A stretch of DNA of 45,935 nt from Thermoplasmata archaeon (GTDB lineage Archaea; Thermoplasmatota; Thermoplasmata; GCA-020350865): assembly GCA_020348445.1 (NCBI GenBank), contig CP070751.1, positions 951,416 to 997,350 of the forward strand, written 5' to 3'. The notes under the pieces were generated by a model. It was given only the letters and a program-made list of their open reading frames with translations. It was not told the DNA's origin and made no database searches. Shown here in pieces: positions 1 to 9,700 of the stretch. The number at the start of each line of letters is the position of its first letter. Position 1 is the first letter of the stretch. The position numbers were made by a program, and so were the translations under genes.

Positions 1-3000
1 GTAACAGTATAATTTCCGGGATAATTGTAGATATGAGTTACCCACTCTCCGTTTCCTGAGGTTCCATCACCAAAGTCCCAGTGATAAGAAACTATGTATC
101 CATCTGGATCATATGAGCAATTTCCTGAAAACCAGGCTTCATCTCCGACATTTATCATTTGAATAGGGGGTTCTGCCATTGCAACCGGAGGCTGATTCTG
201 CGGTGGGCCCTCCTCTTCGACTATTACAAGTACCTGGTAAGAATCTGTGGCACCATCATTGTCTACTACTGTAAGGGTAACCTCGTAAATACCTGTCATG
301 TTATAGATATGTGTTACCCAGATTCCCCTACCAAAGGTTCCGTCCCCAAAGTCCCAGCGATAGGCAACTATGTATCCATCTGGATCATATGAGTAATTTC
401 CTGAGAACCATGCCTCTTCTCCGACATATACCATTTGAATAGGGGGTTCTGCCATGGCAACTGGGGGAAAATTCTCAGGCGGTTCGCCGAGGACCGTGAC
501 TGTCACAAAATCTGAATCTGAGTCACCGTCGTCGTCTGTTACAGTTAGCATTACAGTATAATTCCCTGGGATATTGTATATATGAGTTACTGTTACTCCG
601 CTTCCGTTGGTCCCATCACCGAAATACCAGTGGTAGGACACTATATAGCCGTCAGGATCATATGATCTATTCCCAGTGAACCACGCTTCTTCCCCAGCAT
701 ATATGACCTGATGATCAGGCTCTGCATCGGCAACTGGGGGACGATTCACAGGCGGCCCCTCTTCCTCGACTATCACCATTACCTCATCTGAATCGGTGGC
801 ACCTTCATCATCAGTCACCGTCAGTGTAACATTGTAAATACCCGGCATCGTGTAATTATGCGTCGTATAAACCCCGTTTCCAAAGGTTCCGTCCCCGAAG
901 TCCCAATGATAGGACACTATATGTCCATCAGGATCATATGAGCGATGTCCAGAAAACCATGCTTCCCCTCCAACATAGGTTGTTTGAATGGGAGGCTCTG
1001 CCTCTGCATGCGGAGGTATGTTTATTGTACCGCCTGGGCCAAAAGCAATTAGAGTATATCCCATACTTGCATACAGATTTCCGTACGCTATTGCCAAAGA
1101 TTGATGCAAATACCAAGACGATGACCGGGTCGGGAAAGTCCAGATAACTGATCCTGTGGCTGCGTCCAAAGCACATATCCTGCCGTCGTAAAAGCTGTTG
1201 AATACCTTGTTATCTGCAACTGCGGGCGAGGATACCACTGCTGTGGAGATATCATATCTCCATAAAACCTCTCCTGTGTCCTGATCTAAAGCAAAAATTG
1301 GATCAACGTACTCTGTAGTATCATTTTGTGTGATGACCTCGTTGGCTCCCACAAAAACCTTTGAATAGGCCAAAGCCGGGGCAGTGAAGGAGTAATTTGC
1401 ACCCAAGGATGTCTGCCAGATTATACTGCCTGAGTTTGCATTTAAACAGTAAAACATGTGTGTATTATCACAACCAATAAACAACTTCCCGTTCAAAACA
1501 GCAGGGGCTGACTCGAACCAAGCAGGGCGGTTATTGTAGAATGTCCAGAGCAGGTCACCATTGCTCTCATCCAGAGCAAACAGCTGATTGGCTGAGCATC
1601 CAAATATCATGTTGTTCGCAACTGTAAGTGGAACATGCATGTAATCAAGACCCAAATCAGCGAGGTTAACACTCCAGATTAGATCCCCAGTGGTTTCGTC
1701 AAGGCATATTATCATACTCCCACCTTGGCCTCCCGGGTCGGGTATCGCTGATAATCCTAGATAAATATGGTTGTTTGCTATAGTAAGAGGTGGACCTTCC
1801 AAAAATAGAGGAGGGGATGAAGGCCAATTTAATTCGCTGGAGTTCCACTCCCAAATAAGATCACCCAAGAACTCGTTTAGACAATAAACATGAACTTCAT
1901 CGCTTGTGTTTTGAAACTCCAAAGTGCTTACAAACACCCTTTGGTTTGCCAGAACAGGTTGAGAGGGCCACCCCCAGAAATCGTAGGTCCATATGGTTTC
2001 TCCAGTGCTTGCATTGAGTGCTGTCAAAGATGACCACCCACAAGCCACGAACACCAAGCCATGAGAGACAGAGGGGGATGTCATGGGCCACGAACCTGTG
2101 AACGTCCAGAGCAATGAGGAGTTGTCGGGAGCAGTAGATGTTGAAAAACCTGTGTGCTCTGGGTCGTGGTTGAACATGGGCCAATCGTCATTACTTGGTG
2201 GTGGGGGTGGAGGAGGAGGAGTTTGATTTCGTACACTGACTGTGCATGTATCCTCGTCTGTTAGGCCATCGTTATCTGTGACCGTCAGTGTAACATTAAA
2301 ATTCCCGATAGAATAGTATATATGTGATACAATCATGCCGCTTCCTGTGGTTCCATCCCCGAAATCCCAATGATAACAAACAATGTGACCATCTGGATCG
2401 TAAGATCCATTGCCTGAGAACCATACCTCCTCCTCGACATAAACGACCTGATGATCAGGTTCAGCATCTGCAACGGGGGGCAGGTTGTCAACAAGAATAT
2501 CTACATCATCGATGAAGGCTTTGTAATCTATGGGTATCCCGTTTACTCCATCAGAGCCGATGTACACTCTTAATTTCATAATATGTCCGTGGTAGGCGCT
2601 CAAATCAAACCATACATTTGTATAATTTTCTTTTTTATCAAAATATCCCTGAGTGATCTGTGTATTCTGAGTTTCATCATACAAGGACCATCCCGAAAGT
2701 AATCTGTATCCTCCATAATCGATGTTTGGACCCGATTGCATATTTGCCTTGTAATAAAATGAGAGTGCCACGTTCTGTGAAACATTAAATCGCTGTTCCA
2801 TACTTCCACATTCACCAGATAAATCAATTGACCCTTTTGCCGCATAATAGCCGGAATGAGAGTCGTTTGTAATAGAAAACTCTGCAGGATATGTTGAAGA
2901 GGTCCAAATATCCCAACCAGTAAAATCTCCTGTTTCAAATCCTCCGTTGACGATCCCCTGAGCTTTTGCACTGTTAATGCTGAAGGTCCCAAAAACCATT

Positions 3001-3056
3001 CCTATCATAAAGAAGCTCACAATCCCAATCGCGAAATTTTTCCTTTTCATTTTCAT
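1..3056 (-). CDS. Large surface protein, 3' end outside the window: signal peptide, CBM-like jelly roll, PKD, Pro linker, PQQ-type beta-propeller, at least 4 more PKD domains
   Basis: Absent from the ORF track because there is no in-window stop. Manual translation from ATG 3056 (MKMKRKNFAIGIVSFFMIGMVFG...AQGIVNGGFETGDFTGW) gives the same frame at 2183 (WPMFNHD, PQQ-propeller start), at 80 and at base 3. Repeated SYDPDG..VSYHWDFGDG PKD motifs. Confidence 0.9.
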   Translation of the reverse strand, partial: MKMKRKNFAIGIVSFFMIGMVFGTFSINSAKAQGIVNGGFETGDFTGWDIWTSSTYPAEFSITNDSHSGYYAAKGSIDLSGECGSMEQRFNVSQNVALSFYYKANMQSGPNIDYGGYRLLSGWSLYDETQNTQITQGYFDKKENYTNVWFDLSAYHGHIMKLRVYIGSDGVNGIPIDYKAFIDDVDILVDNLPPVADAEPDHQVVYVEEEVWFSGNGSYDPDGHIVCYHWDFGDGTTGSGMIVSHIYYSIGNFNVTLTVTDNDGLTDEDTCTVSVRNQTPPPPPPPPSNDDWPMFNHDPEHTGFSTSTAPDNSSLLWTFTGSWPMTSPSVSHGLVFVACGWSSLTALNASTGETIWTYDFWGWPSQPVLANQRVFVSTLEFQNTSDEVHVYCLNEFLGDLIWEWNSSELNWPSSPPLFLEGPPLTIANNHIYLGLSAIPDPGGQGGSMIICLDETTGDLIWSVNLADLGLDYMHVPLTVANNMIFGCSANQLFALDESNGDLLWTFYNNRPAWFESAPAVLNGKLFIGCDNTHMFYCLNANSGSIIWQTSLGANYSFTAPALAYSKVFVGANEVITQNDTTEYVDPIFALDQDTGEVLWRYDISTAVVSSPAVADNKVFNSFYDGRICALDAATGSVIWTFPTRSSSWYLHQSLAIAYGNLYASMGYTLIAFGPGGTINIPPHAEAEPPIQTTYVGGEAWFSGHRSYDPDGHIVSYHWDFGDGTFGNGVYTTHNYTMPGIYNVTLTVTDDEGATDSDEVMVIVEEEGPPVNRPPVADAEPDHQVIYAGEEAWFTGNRSYDPDGYIVSYHWYFGDGTNGSGVTVTHIYNIPGNYTVMLTVTDDDGDSDSDFVTVTVLGEPPENFPPVAMAEPPIQMVYVGEEAWFSGNYSYDPDGYIVAYRWDFGDGTFGRGIWVTHIYNMTGIYEVTLTVVDNDGATDSYQVLVIVEEEGPPQNQPPVAMAEPPIQMINVGDEAWFSGNCSYDPDGYIVSYHWDFGDGTSGNGEWVTHIYNYPGNYTV

Positions 3057-3755
3057 TCCCCATCTATTTGATGGCTTTTATGAACACGAGTATATAAATA
3101 AAGATTGGTTCACTTTCGAAAAGTCATAACTTTATTTGCTTGAACTCGATCTTCGCTGGCTATTTTCGGCTCTTGGGTTAAATCGGATTTAGTAAAACCC
3201 AGATAGAGAGCCCCTGTCTTTACAACTATAATGACCTGATTATTTATATTTAGTGGAACGACTTTTGCCTATTGTTAAAAAAGTTACTATCCATCTTAGC
3301 TGATATATTTAATAATTATTCCTATAAAATTTTTTTTCTCGATGTTGATTTGTATCCAAAAAATTTTAAATACATTTATTTCATTCCTTTTATTATTCAA
3401 GATCAAATTGTAGTTTTTAAAGCTGAAAGGGACCCTGACTCCCAATATGTGGGGAGGAGGTAAAAACCTCGGAAAAAGAATCCGAAATTTTTAACCCATG
3501 TATTTTTCGAGAGCCAGGGATCGTACGTTTGTTACTCATTACTAATAAAACCTTCGGTAAAATCGAGGAAATCAGAGGAAAAAATAAAAAAAAAGATTTT
3601 CAAATTACAGCGGAGCTTTTAATAAAAGATAGTAGTTTTCGTGAAAGTGATTTGAATTTTGGTACTGAAAATCGCTTTATTCATGATTTTCGCGATACAT
3701 ATTTATGCATGAACCCCGATTCAGCGCTGGACACTTTTCAGAAAGGTGAGGTAAC

Positions 3756-5762
3756 ATGAAATCAGAAGAGAAAGGAATCGGTGCTATACCCTTGGTTTTA
3801 ATTTGGGTGTTTGTGTGTGCGATCTTAATCTGTCTGTCGAATTCAGTGGAGAATGCAGAGGCCGGACCTCCGGGAACTGAGATGCGGATAACTGACGATC
3901 CCGCCAATCAAACAAATCCGGATGTTTACGGTAACTACATCGTTTGGCAGGATGACAGGAACTATACTGAAACTGGATGGGACATCTATATGTACGATAT
4001 AGCTGGCGAAAAGGAGATTTTGGTGACAAATGCCACCGGAAATCAGACCAATCCCGCAATTTACGGTGACATAATAGTATGGCAGGATGCAAGAGACATA
4101 TCCGACTTTGGTTGGGATATCTACATGTACCGAATATCAGATGAAAAAGAATTCCGTGTAACATGGGATAAATACAATCAAACAGATCCCGCTATATATA
4201 TGGACAGGATCGTTTGGGTGGATAACAGAAATAGCTCAACAAATACCGATATTTATATGAACGATACCGCCACAAACGAGGAGATTATAATATCTAATTA
4301 TGATGGCATGGAATACTATCCAGACATATACGAGGATAAAGTTGCGTTTGTATATGATACAGATTTTATCCCAGATGTTTTTATGAATGACACATCCACC
4401 GGTATCATACACCAAATATCAATTGATCAAAAAAGTTGGGGGAATGTGGCAATATACGGTGATTACATTGTATGGGTTGACACCAGGGACGGTGTAGAAA
4501 CAGAGATTTATCTGCATAATTTTGCCTCAGGTAACGAATCGAGAATGACAACAGATTCCTTTCGCCAAGAAAAGGTGGACATGTACAAAGATTATATTGT
4601 TTGGGTGGATAACAGGAACTTTGGCATTGCTGGAACAGATATCTACATGTACAATCTGGCATTGGGCGAGGAGATTCGGCTCACAACAAATACTGCATCA
4701 CAGTGGAATCCAGCTGTTGCACAGGACCGTATAGTATGGCAGGATTACAGGAACTTTAGGACTTCAGGTCTGGACATATATATGTTGACTTTGGACTCTG
4801 ATAACGACGGTGTTTCTGACTCCAATGATGAATTCCCCTACAATCCCAACGAAGCCAACGACTTTGATGGTGACGGGATAGGCGATGGATTTGATTACGA
4901 TGATGATAATGACGGTTATCCTGATGTAGATGATCGTTTTCCATTGGACTCTTCTGAGCACGCGGACTTTGACAACGATGGAACAGGTGATGTCGCTGAT
5001 TTGGATGACGATAATGACGGCATCCCCGACACCTTGGATCCATATCCCTACAGTGATGTGAACGACATGGTGAGTATGATCGACCAGATAAATGACAGGT
5101 TAACAGAAATTGAGAATAATATCACAGTCCTTCAGAATAATGTATCGAGCCTTCAAAGTGATTTTACAGCCCTTGCCTTGGATATCGAAGGATTGAGATC
5201 AGATTTACAGGACCTCGCAGGGGATCTTTCTTATTTGAATCAGTCCCTATCAGGAGACATTATTAGACTCGTGGGTAGAATCCAAGGATTTCAGGAAAAC
5301 TCCAGTCAGGACTTTGAAGACGCCCTCTCAGACATCGATAATCTTAATGAGTCTATGCAGAACATGGATGAGGATCTGAAGAAAAAAATCGAGGATGAAT
5401 CCTCAAAAGAGGAAACTGGCACTGTCTTGGCAGTATCATCTGTTGTGGCCGCAGGTGTTCTGGGAAATATTGCCATATCCTCTGCAGGCACCAGGGGAAT
5501 CAGCCTTGCAAGGGCTGCCATGGGTTCTGGAGCCGGTATACAACCCGAGGGCAAAATGCCCCTTAAGAAGATGGACAGGATCGACAAGCCCAAGGGAATG
5601 GGTAAGGACATTGGATTTGATGAGGATATTCCTGATGTGGATAGGGGAGACTCAGGAATGGAGGCCGAGGAATCCTTTGAGGGTGAGGAAGATACTGGAA
5701 TGGAGCTTGAGGATGACGTTTTTGAAAGAGATAAAAAGGAAGGAGATCTTGAGGAGGGTTAG
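3756..5762 (+). CDS. Cell-surface protein: archaeal TolB-like beta-propeller repeats, thrombospondin type-3 repeats, coiled coil, TM segment, acidic tail
   Basis: Signal peptide. Repeated NQTNP.I.G..IVWQD.R....DIYMY units (TIGR04275-like). DxDxDG Ca-binding repeats. Heptad region. Hydrophobic VLAVSSVVAAGVLG segment. GGTGAGG SD-like site before the ATG. Confidence 0.88.
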   Translation: MKSEEKGIGAIPLVLIWVFVCAILICLSNSVENAEAGPPGTEMRITDDPANQTNPDVYGNYIVWQDDRNYTETGWDIYMYDIAGEKEILVTNATGNQTNPAIYGDIIVWQDARDISDFGWDIYMYRISDEKEFRVTWDKYNQTDPAIYMDRIVWVDNRNSSTNTDIYMNDTATNEEIIISNYDGMEYYPDIYEDKVAFVYDTDFIPDVFMNDTSTGIIHQISIDQKSWGNVAIYGDYIVWVDTRDGVETEIYLHNFASGNESRMTTDSFRQEKVDMYKDYIVWVDNRNFGIAGTDIYMYNLALGEEIRLTTNTASQWNPAVAQDRIVWQDYRNFRTSGLDIYMLTLDSDNDGVSDSNDEFPYNPNEANDFDGDGIGDGFDYDDDNDGYPDVDDRFPLDSSEHADFDNDGTGDVADLDDDNDGIPDTLDPYPYSDVNDMVSMIDQINDRLTEIENNITVLQNNVSSLQSDFTALALDIEGLRSDLQDLAGDLSYLNQSLSGDIIRLVGRIQGFQENSSQDFEDALSDIDNLNESMQNMDEDLKKKIEDESSKEETGTVLAVSSVVAAGVLGNIAISSAGTRGISLARAAMGSGAGIQPEGKMPLKKMDRIDKPKGMGKDIGFDEDIPDVDRGDSGMEAEESFEGEEDTGMELEDDVFERDKKEGDLEEG

Positions 5763-5928
5763 AGAATTACCTGCCTGTGAATCTCCCTAAACCTGCACTT
5801 ATTTGCCAAAAAATGCACATGGTTATGTAACATCTTTAAAATACGCCAACATCGACAATGGTCTAACAAAAAATTATTAAATGACGAAGTCCATATAAAT
5901 TACTGGATATTCAAAAGAGCGGCATGAG

Positions 5929-6723
5929 GTGAGGCTCTTGAAAAGGTATTATATCGTAGGTTTTATACTACTTTTGGCTTTTTTGGTGTTCGTTTTTGCG
6001 GGCACGGCAGGCTCTGATTCCGAGGTTGTGGTTGGTACGGTGGGTTTCTTTGGAATTGTTGCAATGCTGCCTTTGTTTCTTTACCTTTTGTTTATCGATA
6101 CTAGGCTTCATCCAGAAGAAATCCAGGAGCAGGCACCTGATATCGAGGGTGAAAAACAGTTCATTGAAGGTGCAGGGGCAACTGTACCACAGCACGCAAG
6201 GGCAGATAAACCAGAAGATTCACATGATTTGGGTAGAGAACCGATTCCTACAACAGTAAAAGGAGTCGATAGGGATTTTATAGAGAGCATAAGAGCAAAG
6301 CAAAAGGATACACCAGAAGAAATCCATGAAAAAACCGAGCCTGAACCTGCAAAAGAAATCCAAGAGCATCCAAAAGAGATAATGAAAACCGGGCTTATAG
6401 ATTTACCTCATTCCGTGCAAAAAGAAACAGAGCCTGAGTCTGAACCTGAAAAAGGAATTGATCAGCAGCTTGATTTGGGAAAGAGAGTGGGACAGGTGGA
6501 TATACACCAACAAGCGGGCATGGAGCCTGTAACAAAAAAAGAGATGGATGAACAGCTTATTGAGAAAATAAGAGGAGAACAAACTCGAACAAAAGAGGAT
6601 GTGGCAAAAGAATCAGACAAGGAAGATGCTGTCAAAGATTCTGATAAAAAAGAAAAACTTGAGGATTCCCCCCACGAAGAAGATACCGAGAAAATCCATT
6701 CCGAGGAAGAAGGAAGTGGTTAA
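5929..6723 (+). CDS. Hypothetical membrane protein (2 N-terminal TM helices, charged low-complexity tail)
   Basis: 264-aa ORF with GTG start, two hydrophobic helices and then an E/K-rich region. Co-oriented with its neighbours. Confidence 0.75.
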   Translation: MRLLKRYYIVGFILLLAFLVFVFAGTAGSDSEVVVGTVGFFGIVAMLPLFLYLLFIDTRLHPEEIQEQAPDIEGEKQFIEGAGATVPQHARADKPEDSHDLGREPIPTTVKGVDRDFIESIRAKQKDTPEEIHEKTEPEPAKEIQEHPKEIMKTGLIDLPHSVQKETEPESEPEKGIDQQLDLGKRVGQVDIHQQAGMEPVTKKEMDEQLIEKIRGEQTRTKEDVAKESDKEDAVKDSDKKEKLEDSPHEEDTEKIHSEEEGSG

Positions 6724-6742
6724 CCGGGCCCATGATCCTGAG

Positions 6743-9700
6743 ATGGTGCACAACATGCAAAAGTTTCGAAATACAATATCTGGAATTTCCAAAAGAGCAG
6801 ATAAATTCGTGCCAAAGCACGACCTTTTTTTCAAATCAATGTTCACGCTCTTTTTTGTAATTCTTGTGGCACTGCAACCTGCCCTACTGGAGGGTAATAT
6901 CTCTGATAAGATCCCCAAAGCCTATCATGATTTCGGAGTCTACGAAGGAAGAAATGCACTTCTTTCGAACATATCTGCAATAGAGGAATCCCAAGAGATT
7001 GCTGAAATCGCAGAGGGGGTCCTTGATGTCACCATCCATGATAATACCGACGATATACAGTTCTGGGATGGAGTTTCGGATGCCATGAGCTTCAGGACTT
7101 TAGATGTGCCCGAGATGGAAATGCCAGGAATCATAGGTCGAGCCCAGGACTTTGGTGTAAAGACCATAATAGGCACGATAGCAGAGGGAAGATCATATTA
7201 CATTTATGCAAATTCAAGTGATAATCCAGATGGGACATGGGTTACACATTTGAGTGTCGGTGATATGACAAAGCGTCCTGTGATTCATTCGAAGCTGGTT
7301 TCTAACGAAGTGGTAATTGAACCCTTAAATCCCACCCCAGTGGATATCGATTCCGACGGCACAGACGATATCGAGGTCGAGCTTGTGATTGAAGCCACTG
7401 TGGACGGGGGTCTTTCAACAAATTTTAGTGATCCTTTGGGCAACATTCCCATTCCCTCGATTCCTCCAATCCCTAATACCAGCGATAATCCCCCCAGGGT
7501 GCGCATAACCTACCCTCCCACCAGCTTATGGATCGTTGGAAGAAGTCTGATCTCAGATACGTGGCGGATCGGGGGCTGGACCTGGGAATTCGATTTGGAG
7601 ACTGATTCTCCAGAAATTGAAAAGGTGGTGGTTGCATTTGACGATAACGGTGAAAATGCAACATGGGAGGAGGCGACACTCTCAAAGATAATCAATCCCC
7701 CAAATATCCTCCTCAATTGGTTCAGGTGGACCTATGATATTAACCTACGGGATTTTGATAATGGGTTGCATACCGTCTATGTTCGGGCCTATGAAGGGGA
7801 TGATTTTACCGAGGACAGTGTCACGATACTTGTATCCAATCCCGTTTACAAGGGTATGAGGCTCCTTGTGAATGTGGATCGCATCAATTCAGCATTTGAT
7901 CAGGCATCCGAGATAAACATATTAAGACCATTATCTCATGGAGGCAATCAATACATCTGGTCACTTGGCATGAACTTTGACGACATTCCAGATTCTTTTA
8001 AAGCATACCTGAGCCCTGATGCCCTTAGCCTGAACAATCATTTACCTACCCCTGGAAGCCCTTTACTTGGATCTGTTATAGTGGAGTATCTCGAAGGCCC
8101 ATTTCATTTAGGTTGGGATGCATCAGCCACTCCGCCAGGTCTTGGATTCTGTTTTTCCCATGCACAGGTTGACTCAACAGAGAATAACCTTACAGAAGCC
8201 ACATGGCTCAAACTGAATTTCACAGGTTCTGATCCCCCGCAATTTGCGGAGATCATGCTGAGCCTCAACACAACCATGCAAATAGGCCTAAACTTCAGTG
8301 CCGATGCAAACCTGCTGTCATGGCAAAGCGACAAGGAAACGAACCTGCAACTGGTGTACCATGATGAAAGAGATAAGGATACCATTCACATGATAGCTAC
8401 GGTTTTTGGTTTGCCCCGAAATTTAGAAATAGAACTTGAAAACCAGTCATCCATTAAACCCTATGATGTCTACACGTCCATTCACCTGAACGCAAGCAGT
8501 GGTATAGCTGGCCTTGTTATAAAAGAGTATATATTCGAGGATGAAAAGCTCCACATTGGTTTGGGTGTGAACATCTCGAACCTGCCAAAGAATTTCTTTT
8601 TAAATGGAACATATTCGGCCTTTAGTATTAAATCACCCAAAATTCAGGATATAGCAGGAGACTTCATGTGGCCATATTTGTGGGATGTAATCTCAATGCT
8701 TGTTGGTAGAATCTTTGTCCAGGTCGCCGAAAGAGTGGTGTCCCTGCCCCTTCGGTTTTTGGACTCAGGACTTCTTTCAGGGGAGTACATCTTGAGTATG
8801 CCCGAAGGCGAAAAAATAGATAAGCTTTCCTTCTACCTAACCGATTATGAGTACCCCCAGTCAGATGGTAACTTCCTTTGCTTTTACAGTACCTCAGACA
8901 CCAACCTTTCTTTGAGTGGTAGGTTCTTCAACATCCAGGGTTTACATGCACTCTCCAACGAATCAGGTATCCTCCTTGACGCTGAGCTTATTACAGATCA
9001 GAAGCTTACCATCATCAACTGCCATGGTACCGAAGGAAAGGATTTCGAATATGTTCATCTCTCCAACATACCAAGCCATTTCATTATGAGTATCAACGAA
9101 TCCAATCTTAACTATTCAGCAAATGAAAATATAGACTGGCTCGAATTCTTAAGCAACAACTCTGGAACGCATATCTATATCAAGATCACTGACATGCCCA
9201 AAAAGTTAAATTTTGTACAAGGCGAATCCAGTATCATGCTGGATACGCATGGCGAGGGCATAACCTCATTGGAATTTGTTGTCTCTGATTCACGTGCCAA
9301 AAGCCTGGATGGTAATTACCTGATGCTAATCTCAAATCCCGATATGAAGATGTTAAGCGGCAGGATCAGCAACATAAAAAGACTATACTACTCCAATGCC
9401 TTGCCTCAAACTCTGGCATTATCTCTAAAAGGGGGTTATCCTCTTCAAATCGCGGGTAGAATTGAATCGCAGAATATACAGGATAATCTGGTTTTAGATG
9501 CACAGATCGCCAACCTCCCTGATGAGCTTACCATATCTGTTCCCAACGACAGGTTCTCTGCATCCTTTGACATCCTCAACATCACCTCGGTGTCAGGGGT
9601 AAAGGATCTTGTTGGGAAGTTCGCAAGCTTATCTGATATCGGGAACACTTTTTTGGGATTGATGGTCAATATCACAGAGCTTCTCACGACCGAACTCAGT

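Noticed and set aside
159-2992. Short track ORFs in 1-3000 and antisense ORFs within the large genes (e.g. 15358..15789, 32964..33515)
   Set aside because: Shadows of the long real ORFs; no recognisable motifs.
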